From assembly GCA_951406725.2 (NCBI GenBank), contig OX597816.1:2294001-2358000 (forward strand): 64,000 bases of DNA, written 5' to 3'. Position numbers and translations under genes: made by a program. Positions 1 through 12,512 of this stretch are shown here, piece after piece (position 1 is the stretch's first letter; each line of letters opens with the position of its first letter). Below the pieces are notes generated by a model. It was not told the origin of the DNA and searched no databases. It saw nothing but the letters and a program-made list of their open reading frames with translations. The stretch comes from Octopus vulgaris. Taxonomy: Eukaryota.

Positions 1-43
<43 letters not shown>

Positions 44-84
44 GCCTACATGTCTGTCTATCTATCTATCTATCTATCTATCTA

Positions 85-153
<69 letters not shown>

Positions 154-163
154 CTCTATCTAC

Positions 164-197
<34 letters not shown>

Positions 198-207
198 CTC
201 TATCTAC

Positions 208-249
<42 letters not shown>

Positions 250-259
250 CTCTATCTAC

Positions 260-325
<66 letters not shown>

Positions 326-360
326 GCCTACATGTCTATCTATCTATCTATCTATCCATC
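1..360. repeat. (TCTA)n/GATA tetranucleotide microsatellite
   Basis: Near-pure TCTA array running to the window edge; it explains ORF 50..412 (SIYL repeats). Confidence 0.98.
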
Positions 361-533
361 CATCCATCCACCCATCAACATAGACCTACTGTTATACATC
401 TTTTATTTTTAATCATGAGAACTTACACTGTGACTCAAGGGCCAGGAGTGTCATGCACTTATCATGCATGATTCTTGATCCACTTTGCAATTACTGCTGA
501 TTGAAGAATATAAGATATGTTTCTCTATATGTA

Positions 534-565
<32 letters not shown>

Positions 566-933
566 TGCAAACACATTACGCTGTTATTGAGGTTGCTCTT
601 GCATGTTACACTCTAAACACAGAATCAGTCACAATGTTGCTGGTAATTGTCTAAGAGAAGCAAAAATAAATATTTAGCAGTATATGTGAGGAATTAATAA
701 TATCTGAAGCCTGCATGATTATAGAATACCCACCCTCCTTCCTCGTCTCTCCCCATAACCCCATTTCAATTGTTTTCTCATAATATACTGACATTTGTCA
801 TTAATTGATTTGTGACATCACCAAATAGATTGATTGGTATAAACAATCCTGTCATTTTCTATGAAATTTGCTACTTCTATGCTTTAAAGAAAGGTAAATT
901 CATGCACTTGTATATGTTGGGTGTCACCAACAC

Positions 934-983
<50 letters not shown>

Positions 984-1294
984 GCACAGGCCTTACCAGT
1001 TAGGGTGTTGAATTCATGATTGTTCAGCTCTGGTTTTACTTCCCAGACTGGGCATATTCTGTCCTTTCGCCTTGTTGCAGCCTGCTCGGCAGAAGATGGG
1101 TGGCCACCACCTAGCACTGATGCCGCTTTCTCTCTTTTGCTCCAGCTGTCACACACACTCGGCGTTCTGCTGCATCAAGAGTATGAGGGTCAGTTCACAG
1201 GACGTCTCTGCCAGCCTGCAATCACTATATAGGGATCTAAAGAACAACTAGCAAAAGCTTGCTACCACCTCAAATACAAGTGTCAGCTGAGCTA

Positions 1295-1510
1295 TCTCAT
1301 CATTGTTTTAACGTCCACTAATGTCCTACTTGCATGGGTCAGACAGGTTTTCTATGGCTGGATGCCCTTCCTGTTACAAAGTAGTATTTCCCCATATGAC
1401 CCTTTCATGTTTTTGAAGAATATTGGAAATGACACTGCATCTATGTCAGTGATACTTGTTTACAGTTACCACACAATTTCAAAACAAGAAGACATAAATG
1501 CATGCATGCA

Positions 1511-1541
<31 letters not shown>

Positions 1542-1620
1542 TCACACTCACATATTCACACACACATACACTCACACACACACACATATACACTCACACT
1601 CACACACACCAGAGTTGGTA
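1295..1620 (-). mobile_element. Degenerate SINE with RTE-derived 3' tail and CA microsatellite
   Basis: catcattgttttaacgtcc...gctggatgcccttcc followed by a CA-rich tract; same layout as 60601-61075. Confidence 0.5.
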
Positions 1621-3312
1621 GTTGTTAGCGTATATTTTGACTCTTTGTGCTCTGATTTCAAATTGTGCTATACTCTGCATTTCACCCATTTGATGTCACA
1701 CAAAAAAGAAACATAGAAAAGACCCAAGCCATGATTATGGATTGGTGGCATTGCTACAGCTTCGGACCAGATGCTGTGGGATATCTTTTCTGGCCGTTTG
1801 CATTCCGATGGCAATATCTGTGACAGTACTGGTGTTAAAGTATAGTTTCATAGGCATGGAAAGATGAGAATTGCTTGTATGGAGAATTATCTGTCTTGCC
1901 GAAAGAGGAAAGAGGGTGGGGGGAATCGGGTTTATTTCAGTGTGGAATGAATTATGAGGGGAGCTTCCATGGTGCAGAAACATATGGTTAGCCATGACTG
2001 GAGGGGGTCCTAGTGTGTATGTATGCAGACATATTCTTATCAACATTTTTTCAGCAACACTTTTTATTCATCATCATCATCATCATCATTTGATATCCAT
2101 AGCCCATGTTAGCTCAATGAATACATACATATATATATATAAGAGCCAGTTTTTTTGTTGGTTGATTTTGTCACACTGTAGGAATGGCATACAGACAACA
2201 ATATACACATACACATCTACAAACATATATACATGAGTGTATCTATTAATATATATAAATATACACACATACAAAATGTTATACTAATGGATTCTGATGA
2301 GAAAGACATTGACAATTGTTATTTTAGAAGCTGGTAACTGAGCAGAAATAGTCAACTGCTCAGACCTGCCATATGCCAAGAAACTCTCCCAGTGCAGAAT
2401 CATAGGGTTTGCTATCAACGGCCTAAAGAAGCCCTTATATATGTGTGTTACTCATTGCCATAATCATAATTATTAATATGAACTTCAGATTATAGAGATA
2501 ATAAGATGAACAAAGTAATTCTGTAATAAAGAGTTCACTTTACTGATTTCTCTTTACTCACATATTGACAGATTTGTTTTTCCTCTCCTACTTCTACCAT
2601 CAACTGAACTCTTTCACTGTCTGTCTGTCTATATAAGCCAACAAGAGTACAATAGTACTCTTTCACACATTATATTTACATAGCTCATTTCATACTTGAG
2701 TAAGCCATTTCATTTTGAAGAATCTCTCTGGTTAGGAAGCTAATATGGCTATTCTGATCTACCAGGTTTTTTTTTTCTAAAATTAGTTTTTTCATTTTTA
2801 AAATTCTGTTCTGCTTGCATTTTAATAACCCAAACATGAACAGAAACAACAGAGCACGTGCTCAGGGAACCCCCACACACATAAAAGCAAAAGTTCACGC
2901 AGAGACATGTTGCTTGAAGGCTTCAAAGTGACTGCAACATTGGTTGCCTGAGTTTTCTCTCAATTTGAAGTATATACGCTTACAATATAGGAGCAGAAAA
3001 GGGATTAGGATCCAGGTGAACAACCAAGATGCATCAAGTGTTAGAGACTCTGTGGAATTGGCATTGATGATGTCACAGCAGTTCTTATGTAACTCTTTGA
3101 AAATCTCCTCTTGATATTTCCTTCCTCTGAGACATAATACAGTCGTTAGCTGTAGAAAGGACACAAATATAAGAAGCTGCTGGTTATTGGCATCGGGAAT
3201 GGCATCCAGCTGTAGAAACTAAAGAAAAGACAGTGGAGCATGATGCAGTTCTCCTCATTGTCAAACCATGCAACCCATACCAGCATGGAAGGCAGATGGT
3301 AGAAGAGGAAAA

Positions 3313-3343
<31 letters not shown>

Positions 3344-4389
3344 TGTATACACAAGCCTTATTTTTGAATATGTCTCTGTTGTTATATTCATCTGTTAGCA
3401 TCTGTTCACTATTAGATGTGTGTCTTGCGAATGTATTGCATTTGTGTGTATCATCATTATTGTTTAATGTCCCTTAAACGATGTGTGTGTATCTTATACT
3501 GTGTGTGTGTGTGTGTTCACTTTTTATACTGTGTGTGTGTGTTGCAAATCTGTTGCATTTGTGTATGTTATAATAGTGCTTATTAGTGAATCTGTGTGAG
3601 TATGTGTGCACATACATATCCTTTAGTGTTTGTATGCTACTTTCTACTGATCCCTCTTTCGTAAATGAATGGAAATTATTTTTTTTATTGATAAAAGAAG
3701 GACTAAATTTTTGTTTTGAGAGTTCCTTTACAGTTAAGGACCTGTGTTTAAGAATTTTCACCAAATTTGTGGGTACACACAGACAGACATACAGATTTAG
3801 AATTTCAATAGTATACATGTGTGCACACATCTCCATACATGCATAAAAATCACACAACATGAGTGAGATTATGAAGCAAAAAGCTAAGTAAAAGTATGTG
3901 AATGAAAAAGTGTAGAAATATGGAAAAAAAAAATAAATCCACCAAAGATGTGTAGAATATAAAAACGAAATAAATAGAAGAAAAACAATTAACCAAGAGA
4001 ATTGGGAGAATCTATTGTGCCAAATATAAGACAGCTATTTGCATGGTAGGTCTCTTGTTGAATATATGTTATACATATAATGTATGTATTCTGTCCTCTA
4101 CTTTCATAACAACTGATCTCCTGAAGTTAAATGTCCAAATCTTGGATTATTGAATTAGACATTAGTTAGTGAAGACCCTTTCTCTGAGAGCTAAACATAG
4201 ACAAATGTACAACTCTTGAGTCACTGAAACTTATAATTATATATTATAAAATTATATCTAATTATAGAATTATAATTAGAAGGTTCTTTCCCTTGTGAGT
4301 TTTTTTTTGCAATTGGTTTAATCACATCTTTAGAAATGACTTGTGAATTCATTCGTAAATTTAACAGCTTCCTCTCTGGCAACTTTGGG

Positions 4390-4690
4390 GGTATCTTCAA
4401 ATCCTTTGAAATTTGGTCAGAAATCTGGCCATAACTTTTTCTTGTAGCCTTGTGTTGTTGATTACTTCATCTCTTCTCAAAAGACTCTTAAATTATTCCA
4501 TGGCATTCTATATATTGTATCCTTTCCAGAACTCTTTTATATTAACCTCTTCTTCCTCATCAGTTATCTTGACAGCTTCTCTTCACAGCCTTTCTTCATG
4601 TAATGCCTCTTGAGGGTTGATATTGTTTGTGCTATTACCTTGATAAAGATCCTTCTTTATACTTTAGGATATCCAGGTGCACTACCTGAA
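4390..4690 (-). pseudogene. Tigger/pogo-family transposase relic (DDE_1 C-terminal part)
   Basis: Minus-strand translation gives GSAPGYP (cf. DNAPGHP), TLKRHY, IKEFWKGYNI, KKLWPDF and NFKGFE in the order typical of Tigger transposases, with stops and frameshifts. Confidence 0.7.
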
Positions 4691-5027
4691 ACAGGAGCAG
4701 GCTAAGTGGTCAATATTGACTCTGGTACTTCTGTGGTTATCCAGAGGGTCAGCCGATAAACACCTGAAACAATTTTTACACATTAAGGATGCTGAATTAT
4801 TTTATATAAATATTTGACTGATTTTCATTAAATGGCATTGGCATAAAAAAAGGAAAATACTTGTTTTTAAATTGGGAAATTTTATGAATTTTACTTTTTT
4901 ATATTTTATTTTAGATATTTATATGATGGGGGTCAATAAGTTATTGTTAGTTCATGAAGAATTCAATGTTGTAAGAAATTTGCTGAACCCCTGATTTAAA
5001 ACTAGCAATGTTGTAATCGATAAAGTA

Positions 5028-5895
5028 AGAGAGGGTACCCAAAAGAAACTGGAATTTTGCAATATTACTTTATTCCCTTTTACATGATTACACTTTTTAT
5101 CACCTTCAGCATATTCTCCATTTGAAGTAATGCATTGGTCCAGACACATTTTCCAATGTTCAAAGCAGTGCAGGAACTCTTGCAAAGTGATACCTTTTAA
5201 CACCTCTGTCATTTTTTTCTTCACCTCTTCCACACCTGCAAATTACATAGAACCAGCTTTCATCACCAGTGATGACCTTTGAAAAAAAAGGTCCGAATCA
5301 ATTCCCAGCTGTTTTTTCCATTTCACGACACGCATTCAGTCGTGACGGCTTTTGATCTTTGGTGAGGAAGCCAAGTACAAATTCCTCGCTCAAAATTCCT
5401 TGGCAGAAGCTCCAGGACACGCACCAGTCATATCAACAAGTTCGTAAATCGTTTGCTGACTCGTGAATTTCCATTATGTTTCTCATTCGTTCGGGAGGTC
5501 GAAGGTCGTTCTGAACGAGCTTCATCTTCAAGCGACAAGTGACCATTCCTAAAGCGTCGAAACCACTCGTAGACTTGTGTCTTGCTCAGGGCACAGTGTC
5601 CTTGTCAAGCTGTTTGAAGCATGACAACTGTTTCAGCTGCTATTTCCCCCAGCAGAAAACAGAATTTCACAGAAGCACACTGCTCCCTTGTTTCAGCCAT
5701 TGCAAAATTGGAGAAATAGGGGAGAAGCACTGCAAAACAAAGATGTACCATGTGGCAGTACAGCCTCACTGGATGACGCTGGTCGGCAGACTGATGCCTG
5801 AGGGTCGCATCAAGTGGCTTCTAGCAGCAGAAGTCTGAGCTACAACAGGCTTGTCCCATAGAGAACGTTTCCGGTTACTTTGGGGTACCCCCTTG
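5028..5895 (-). mobile_element. Internally deleted mariner transposon
   Basis: Imperfect ~25-bp TIRs (gagggtacccaaaagaaactggaa / ttccggttactttggggtacccc) with TA at the left end. Minus strand has the N-terminal EQCASVKFCFLLG motif and the C-terminal CFEHWKMCLDQCITSNGEYAEG; the catalytic middle is largely missing. Confidence 0.85.
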
Positions 5896-6064
5896 TGTTC
5901 TTGCTACAATAGGAAATGAAGAAAAACGACCAATACGATATTGAAGCTCAACTCCCCCCCCTCTTTGTTTTCTAAATGACTGTCGACATTCCCTTTTTGT
6001 TTTAGCTTTCTCATTCAAAGCTCAGGATTTTCAGAGTAATAGAACTGCATTGGTTTCGGTTTGA

Positions 6065-6284
6065 GCCTTTAGCATTTGAACCAGTCTTGCCAGGCCCAAA
6101 TATTCTCCCTGTTTTATGTTCAAAGTGGCCAGATCTGGCCTCTCCCACCTACCCTACAATGTCATTCTCAAAATGAACAATCAAATCATCAGAATCTCAA
6201 AGCTACAAGATAATGCATGATTAATCCAAAACAATGTGAATAAACAGACTTTACATTCGACAATGTGATCTGAATGCTAAAGGA
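6065..6284. mobile_element. piggyBac-type MITE family A (diverged copy)
   Basis: Ends cctttagcatt...aatgctaaagg; reverse-complement homologue of 55094-55313. Confidence 0.75.
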
Positions 6285-6822
6285 CTAATGAGTTAGTTAC
6301 CATCAGCATTGTCACCAACAAATAATTGTTCTAGTTTCTCCTTAACTGTTTTATATCCTATGAACAATTTTCATTCCAACCAATAAATATATTCTTTCAG
6401 GCATTTTCTTCTAAAATAAGCCAGTTTCATCACCATTAAGGATCTGCTGGGCAGCAAAGCTTCTTCAATGTCAGAAACAGTCTGAATAAATTTCAGTGCC
6501 TCTTCTTTCTCTTTACTAATTATGTCTCCAGTCATAACTAGTTGCACTTTTCTTAATCTTATCAAACTATTGTTTGTTTGCCTGAAAACCTGAAGAATCT
6601 GTGGCCTGTTCTATGTGTGTCTTTCAAAGTCCATATAAACTGATAACTTCACCAAAGTCTCAAAATAGCATTTTTCTTTTTTTGGTCTTAAGTTGATCAG
6701 CAGACCATATTTTTCTATTAGGTCGTCCATTTTTGCATCACTAGGCCTTGTTTTCTGGTACCAACGTATTTCATTCGAAGATTGAGAATAGTTAAAGATG
6801 GGCTTCTGAATGCTTGTTGATT

Positions 6823-7600
6823 TTGTGCTTGTTTTATGGGGGCCCACACTTTTTCACATATGCCATATTTCCTGATATTACACCTGTTGGCGAAAGTATA
6901 CGTCCAAAGTTACTCAAAGGATTACTTCCAAAGTATGACTTAACAAAGACCTACATTAGATTCGATTATAAAATTTTGTCAAATATAAAAAACAAAGTAG
7001 CATTCAGAGATGTTTGCATATATTGCATTTGTTACCACTGTGGTGGAGCTACTGAATCATTCCATTCTCCTCTCCCAGCAAATCCATCTCTGTATGTTTT
7101 GCCCTGATTCCCCTTTTCTAAAGGATGGGCCTTCGTAACATAATCTACACCACTGGGCTAACTGCTACTGTAATAGTCTTCAGTGTTGTTTTGCTGTGTT
7201 TTCATTTTACTGTATATATTACACCAAATATTTTGTATATGATACATCTTCCTCGGTTGTTTTGTCAAACTCTTTAGCAGTCATGTTGGATATATTTCAA
7301 GTAATTCCACTGTTGTTCAGGGCAATCGTTATACAGGTGGACTTTGATTCAAGGCTTATTTTATATTGGTGAAATGTCTTGCAGAATGGACTTTATACAG
7401 ATCAGCTCATATGCAAGATGTGCCTAATAACAGAAGGACCTCATACAAAGTTCAATTTATGCAATTTTTTGTAAAATATATAAGTCATACTTTGGAAGTA
7501 TTCTTTTGAGTAACTTTGGAAGTATACTTTTGCTAACCTGTGTAATATCAGGAAATATGGCATCTCTGGAAAAGTGTGGGCCTCCATAAAACAAATACAA
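6823..7600. mobile_element. Foldback/MITE-like element with ~120-bp terminal inverted repeats
   Basis: 6823-6942 is the reverse complement of 7481-7600 (gccatatttcctgatattacac...ccaaagttactcaaag...ttccaaagtatgactta) with scattered mismatches; no TSD seen. Confidence 0.8.
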
Positions 7601-7811
7601 GCCTATATTCTTCTATTGTCAGTTACTCTTCCTATCATTTGCTTATTGGTGAAGGCTGTACTTCCTGTTATTAGTTTATTTACTGGTTGAATATAATCTC
7701 TCTCTCTCTCTCTCTTACACACAGACACACACAAGTATGTTGATGCAAGCAGGAAAAATAGAACTCAAAATATGAGTATATGTATATTTTTATTAATATT
7801 TATCAGAAGAA

Positions 7812-7857
7812 ACAGTGACTCTAGGTCCAAGAGTTTCGTTAAAACTCTTCCAGGAGT
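7812..7857 (-). ncRNA. Degenerate hammerhead-like motif (Penelope-type repeat)
   Basis: Minus strand reads CTG(G)AAGA-gtt.tt.aac-GAAAC-tct.tggacct.aga-GTC. Stems II and III pair, but the core has an extra G and stem I is poor. Confidence 0.45.
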
Positions 7858-8520
7858 TATTGCTACCAAAGTTTGGTACTGCTGGTTTTACTTCCCATCT
7901 TCTTTAATAATTACTATGGAAAACATGATTTTTAATTAGGTTTTTAATTCATTTAATATTAATATTATTGTACATTGAATTGATTTAGATCAAGCTATGT
8001 TTAATATAGATTTAAGGATCGAGGTAACTATTAGACAAATCTAATTTATGGTTCATTCTCTAAGTCATGTATAGAGTAGATCAGTGGAACTGTAACAACA
8101 ACAACAACAACAAAAAATAGAGTACAGCTGCTGTGGAAAGTTGTAGCACTAGTGTTTACTAAACAGCATTCAGTAGCTTAGTTGCTGTTTTTGCTCTTCT
8201 GTACATTGTCCTGTCAACAGAGAAGCATTCAAGAATAAATACCTCGACAGACGTTAAGATAACTTTAGCATTATGTCTGGCACTGTCAGAATTATATTTG
8301 TCTAGCAGCTACCATAACAATATCAACAACAACAACAATTGTAATGATGCAAAAACCTTACTATTTAAACTCACTGCTTGTAGAAACCATTCACATAATT
8401 CTTGTCCTTCTCTCTTCTTAATAATTCTATCCAAGATTATTAACTAAAAGGTGAAGCTGGTAGCTGTTTTTAACAGTGTCTACATTCTGTTGTGAATGGT
8501 ATTATTCACTTTTTAATACA

Positions 8521-9420
8521 ACATCATCATCATCATCATCATTTAGCGTCCGTTTTCCATGCTAGCATGGGTTGGACGGTTCAACTGGGGTCTGTGAAGC
8601 TGGAAGGCTTCATCAGGCCCAGTCAGATCTGGCAGTGTTTCTACGGCTGGATGCCCTTCCTAACACCAACCACTCCGTGAGTGTAGTGGGTGCTTTTTAC
8701 GTGCCACCTGCACAGGTGCCAGACAGAGCTGGCGAATGGCCACGAACGGATGGTGCTTTTACGTGTCACCGGCACGGGGGCCAGGCGAGGCTGGCAACGG
8801 ACACGAACGGATGGTGCTTTTACATGCCACCGACACGGGGGCCAGACAGAGCTGGCAAACGGCCACGAAACGGATGGTGCTTTTACGTGTCACCGGCACG
8901 GGGGCCAGGCGAGGCTGGCAACGGGCACGAACGGATGGTGCTTTTACATGCCACCGACACGGGGGCCAGACAGGGCTGGCAAACGGCCAGGAAACGGATG
9001 GTGCTTTTACGTGTCACCGGCACGGGGGCCAGGCGAGGCTGGCAACGGGCACGAAACGGATGGTGCTTTTACGTGTCACCGGCACGGGGGCCAGGCGAGG
9101 CTGGCAATGGACACGAACGGATGGTGCTTTTACGTGCCACCAACACGGGGGCCAGACAGAGCTGGCAAACGGCCACGAAACGGATGGTGCTTTTACGTGT
9201 CACCGGCACGGGTGCCAGGCGAGGCTGGCAATGGACACGAACGGATGGTGCTTTTACATGCCACCGACACGGGGGCCAGACAGAGCTGGCAAACGGCCAC
9301 GAAACGGATGGTGCTTTTACGTGTCACCGGCACGGGGGCCAGGCGAGGCTGGCAATGGACACGAACGGATGGTGCTTTTACATGTCACCGACACGGGGGC
9401 CAGACAGGGCTGGCAAAACG
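8521..9420 (-). mobile_element. RTE LINE 3' end with expanded 61/63-bp tandem array
   Basis: (CAT)n tail plus a terminus matching 26935-27300. About 12 units: GGATGGTGC recurs at 8748, 8809, 8872, 8933, 8996, 9058, 9119, 9182, 9243, 9306 and 9367. Confidence 0.92.
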
Positions 9421-9833
9421 AAATTCAAAGGTGGCGGTAAATGGTGAGATTGGCGTTCACTGAAATCGAAGATGTTTTACTCTGAATAGGTTTGAGTTGA
9501 AATCTGACTGGAATCACATTTCTTATGAAATGAATGTTTGTTAAAGGAACACTTTTAATATGTTGGACTTAACCTACCCACAAGAAAAACTGGCCTTGGG
9601 CTGAAGGAAGTCTTTTTCGTATATCAGCTTGTGATGCATTGCCAGTGATGTTTCTTGTTGGTGGCGAGGGGTGTCTTTGGATATTTCGGGTTTGTTAACA
9701 ATCAGAGAAGGTGACTCAGCCAGGCTTGATCAAGTTCCGGCTGATGTCCAGTTAGAACTGCTTCAGGTAGCACCTCCTGGCTCACAGCCACTTTGATGCA
9801 ACCTCTGCAGCTAACTTGACATATATATGTATA

Positions 9834-10219
9834 CTAGCAGTATAGTCCGGCGTTGCTTGGGTTTATTTTCTTTTTGACCCTTTAGAATTGGAATTTTTGA
9901 AAAGTAAAATTTTTGCATTGTATAGCTTGTTAAGTGAGCATTTTTCTGGTCAAAATACACCGAAAAATGGCAACACAGTAGTCAAAAAATTGTAAAAAGT
10001 AGGGATTTTCATATAAAAAAAAAGCACCTTTTTGATGTAAATAATTTTTGGTCTTAACATGGTCCGATTTTAATTTTTTCTTTTACGGAACGAAGAGCAA
10101 ACCTTCTTCTATCATACTCTCAATTTTGGTCAACTTGTGCCGCAGGGTCTCGGAGTTATAGTTGAAGGCTACCAAACCTGCCACACACACACAGACAACT
10201 TCAGCTTTATATATATAGA
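9834..10219 (-). mobile_element. Non-autonomous Helitron
   Basis: Minus strand begins TC(TATATATATAAAGCTG...), ends CTAG with a GC-rich subterminal hairpin (ccggcgttgcttggg), lies between A and T with no TSD; second copy at 40137-40519. Confidence 0.88.
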
Positions 10220-11152
10220 TTTATGATAGCTAGATATTTGATGCTGATATAACACATTTGTGTGTGTTTGTTTATATGTATACACATAAAAATGTATGTA
10301 CTTGTATACATTTATGTATGTGTGTGTATGTATGCGCACACACTTATAAATTAATATTTGTATTAATATTAGCTGTGATAAATAATTTGCAACAGTCTGA
10401 TATATGTATCCATCTAATGATTATCTCTAGATCCAAACATGGCATAATTTTCACCAATCATAACATCCTTGTTTTAATGGTTAAAGGTAATAGACAACTA
10501 CATTGGTAAACAATGTAAACCTGCAAATATATTTTAGTTCATATTGTCATCTCTTGACAATTCTAAAAGTTTAAAATGTAAACTTGTCTAACTAAAAAAA
10601 AGTTTAGCATTTAGTTCTTGATTCAAAGAAAAATATTCAATCTGTTTTAGTTATTGTTATTGGTTTTATTTACTTTATTATTTACCTTTCGTACATTCCT
10701 TTTAGATTTTTCTTCTTTTTTGCCATTCCTTTTATTTTTCGTTTTCAGTTTATTCTCCCTTTTTTTTATATATTTCTTTACTAATGATGTATATTTAAAT
10801 AACTCTTCAATGTTCACATATTGTTGACATTTTCTTAAAATTGCTCATCTTGTTCACTAATCTGTCATAAAAGGCAATGTTTTAAATAGATTTTTTGTTG
10901 CACCTGAAGAAACTGAAAGTTTGAAACTAAAGCTAAATACCCCCCCCCCCCCCCCCCCAGTTCCCTCTCCCTGTTCAGGTATCGCTGTCATTTACTCCCC
11001 TTCTGCTTTCCACCACCAAGCCGAGTGGATGTACACTCATCCTGCACCTCTTATGTTAACTCACTCTATATCTCTCTTTTATTGTCTCCCCACCATATAT
11101 ATTTTGTAAAGCATGACTTGAGAAATCAACCAATTAATCAACCTACATATCA

Positions 11153-11184
<32 letters not shown>

Positions 11185-11425
11185 GAATAAATTATGTTGA
11201 TTGCAGTTTAAATCGTATTTACAAAAATTATTTTGTCACTCTATTTTCATGTCTCATATCAAATTCTAGCTTACTCATATACTTACGATTCTCAAATTTA
11301 TTTCTAAATTAAAATTAAGACATAACAATTGAAATTTATTCATTATTTATTCTACTGAAATTTTTCATTCATTTCAGCTTAGAAAAACTAATTCTGTTGA
11401 TTTGTGTGTTAAAAGGTTGAATTGA

Positions 11426-11461
<36 letters not shown>

Positions 11462-12294
11462 GGGTGATAGGAAGGGCATCTAGCCATGGAAGCCATGCCA
11501 AAATAGACATTGGAGCTTGAGACAGTCCTGCAACTCATCTGATTTTGCCAAACTGTCCAACCCATACTAGCATGTAAAATGGATGTTAGATGATGATGAT
11601 GATGATACACACACATCTTAGTCTGCTATCAAAACAGCATCACACTCTCTTAAATATGATAGATAAATGCACTCTAGTTTTGGCATGTGGATGTAGTATG
11701 GAAGCAGGGATCAAGAAATCTAGACAAGTTCTCAGTTTTCATCTGTTTCCCAACTTCTCTCTTACTTATCGGCCAGACTGTTCACTTGTAAGACCTATTT
11801 TTATAAATCTTGTCTCTTCTACAGATACTAATACAATAGTAGCAAGGGTTACACTTGGAAGACAACATGGTAGTAAAACGTATTAATGTTGTGCCCCCCA
11901 TCCCTTTTTAAAAAAATTTTTTTATTTTCCTCTCATCCTGTTTGATATCAATATTTAGAAGAGATGGAGCAGATATAGCTACCCTATTGTATTGTCTACT
12001 TTGTGTGTGTGTGTGTGCAGAGGTGGGGTGAGAGAAATGGAGAAGGTAGGTAATTGCCGCTATTTAATCTGCCCTTTTATTTGTCGGTGTAATTTTGAAA
12101 TACATAGTCTGATCCTAGGCATATTCTTTCAATTCATGACAAAGAAAATGGTCTGTTGTTGTTGAATTTGATTCTAGTCATTTTCTCACATAATTCTGTT
12201 CCACCCAATTTAACAGGGCCTAACATGGTTTTAATAAATAGATCGATATATTACCAAATATAGAGAGGATGCTCTTTCAGACAAATAGTTTTCA

Positions 12295-12512
12295 CCCTTT
12301 TGTTACATTTCTGCTGAAATACACTGGCTTTGTGTCAATTACTTTTGGAAATAATGAAGAATTTAGTAAATGACAATCCTTATTAATCTGGTATTTGGAA
12401 CACATAAATCAATATGGAATTTTGATGGATGGATTTAATGTCCGTAATTTTAAAAAAGGAAATTTGTATCATGGAAGTAGAAGCAGTCTCAGAAGGGTTA
12501 GTATCAAAAGGG
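12295..12512. mobile_element. piggyBac-type MITE family B
   Basis: CCCTTTTG...TATCAAAAGGG termini; homologous to 46441-46658, 62910-63112 and 31880-32053. Confidence 0.7.

Noticed and set aside
50-412. 120-aa SIYL-repeat ORF
   Set aside because: Translation of a (TCTA)n microsatellite.
2288-2360. CTGATGA...GAAATAGTC between TA-rich tracts
   Set aside because: Stems I and II do not pair convincingly; too degenerate to call.
8572-9463. Three overlapping 234-291 aa ORFs, and a CRISPR-like look of the regular repeats
   Set aside because: Stop-free GC-rich tandem units antisense to a LINE 3' UTR. The units are contiguous with no unique spacers, and there are no cas genes.
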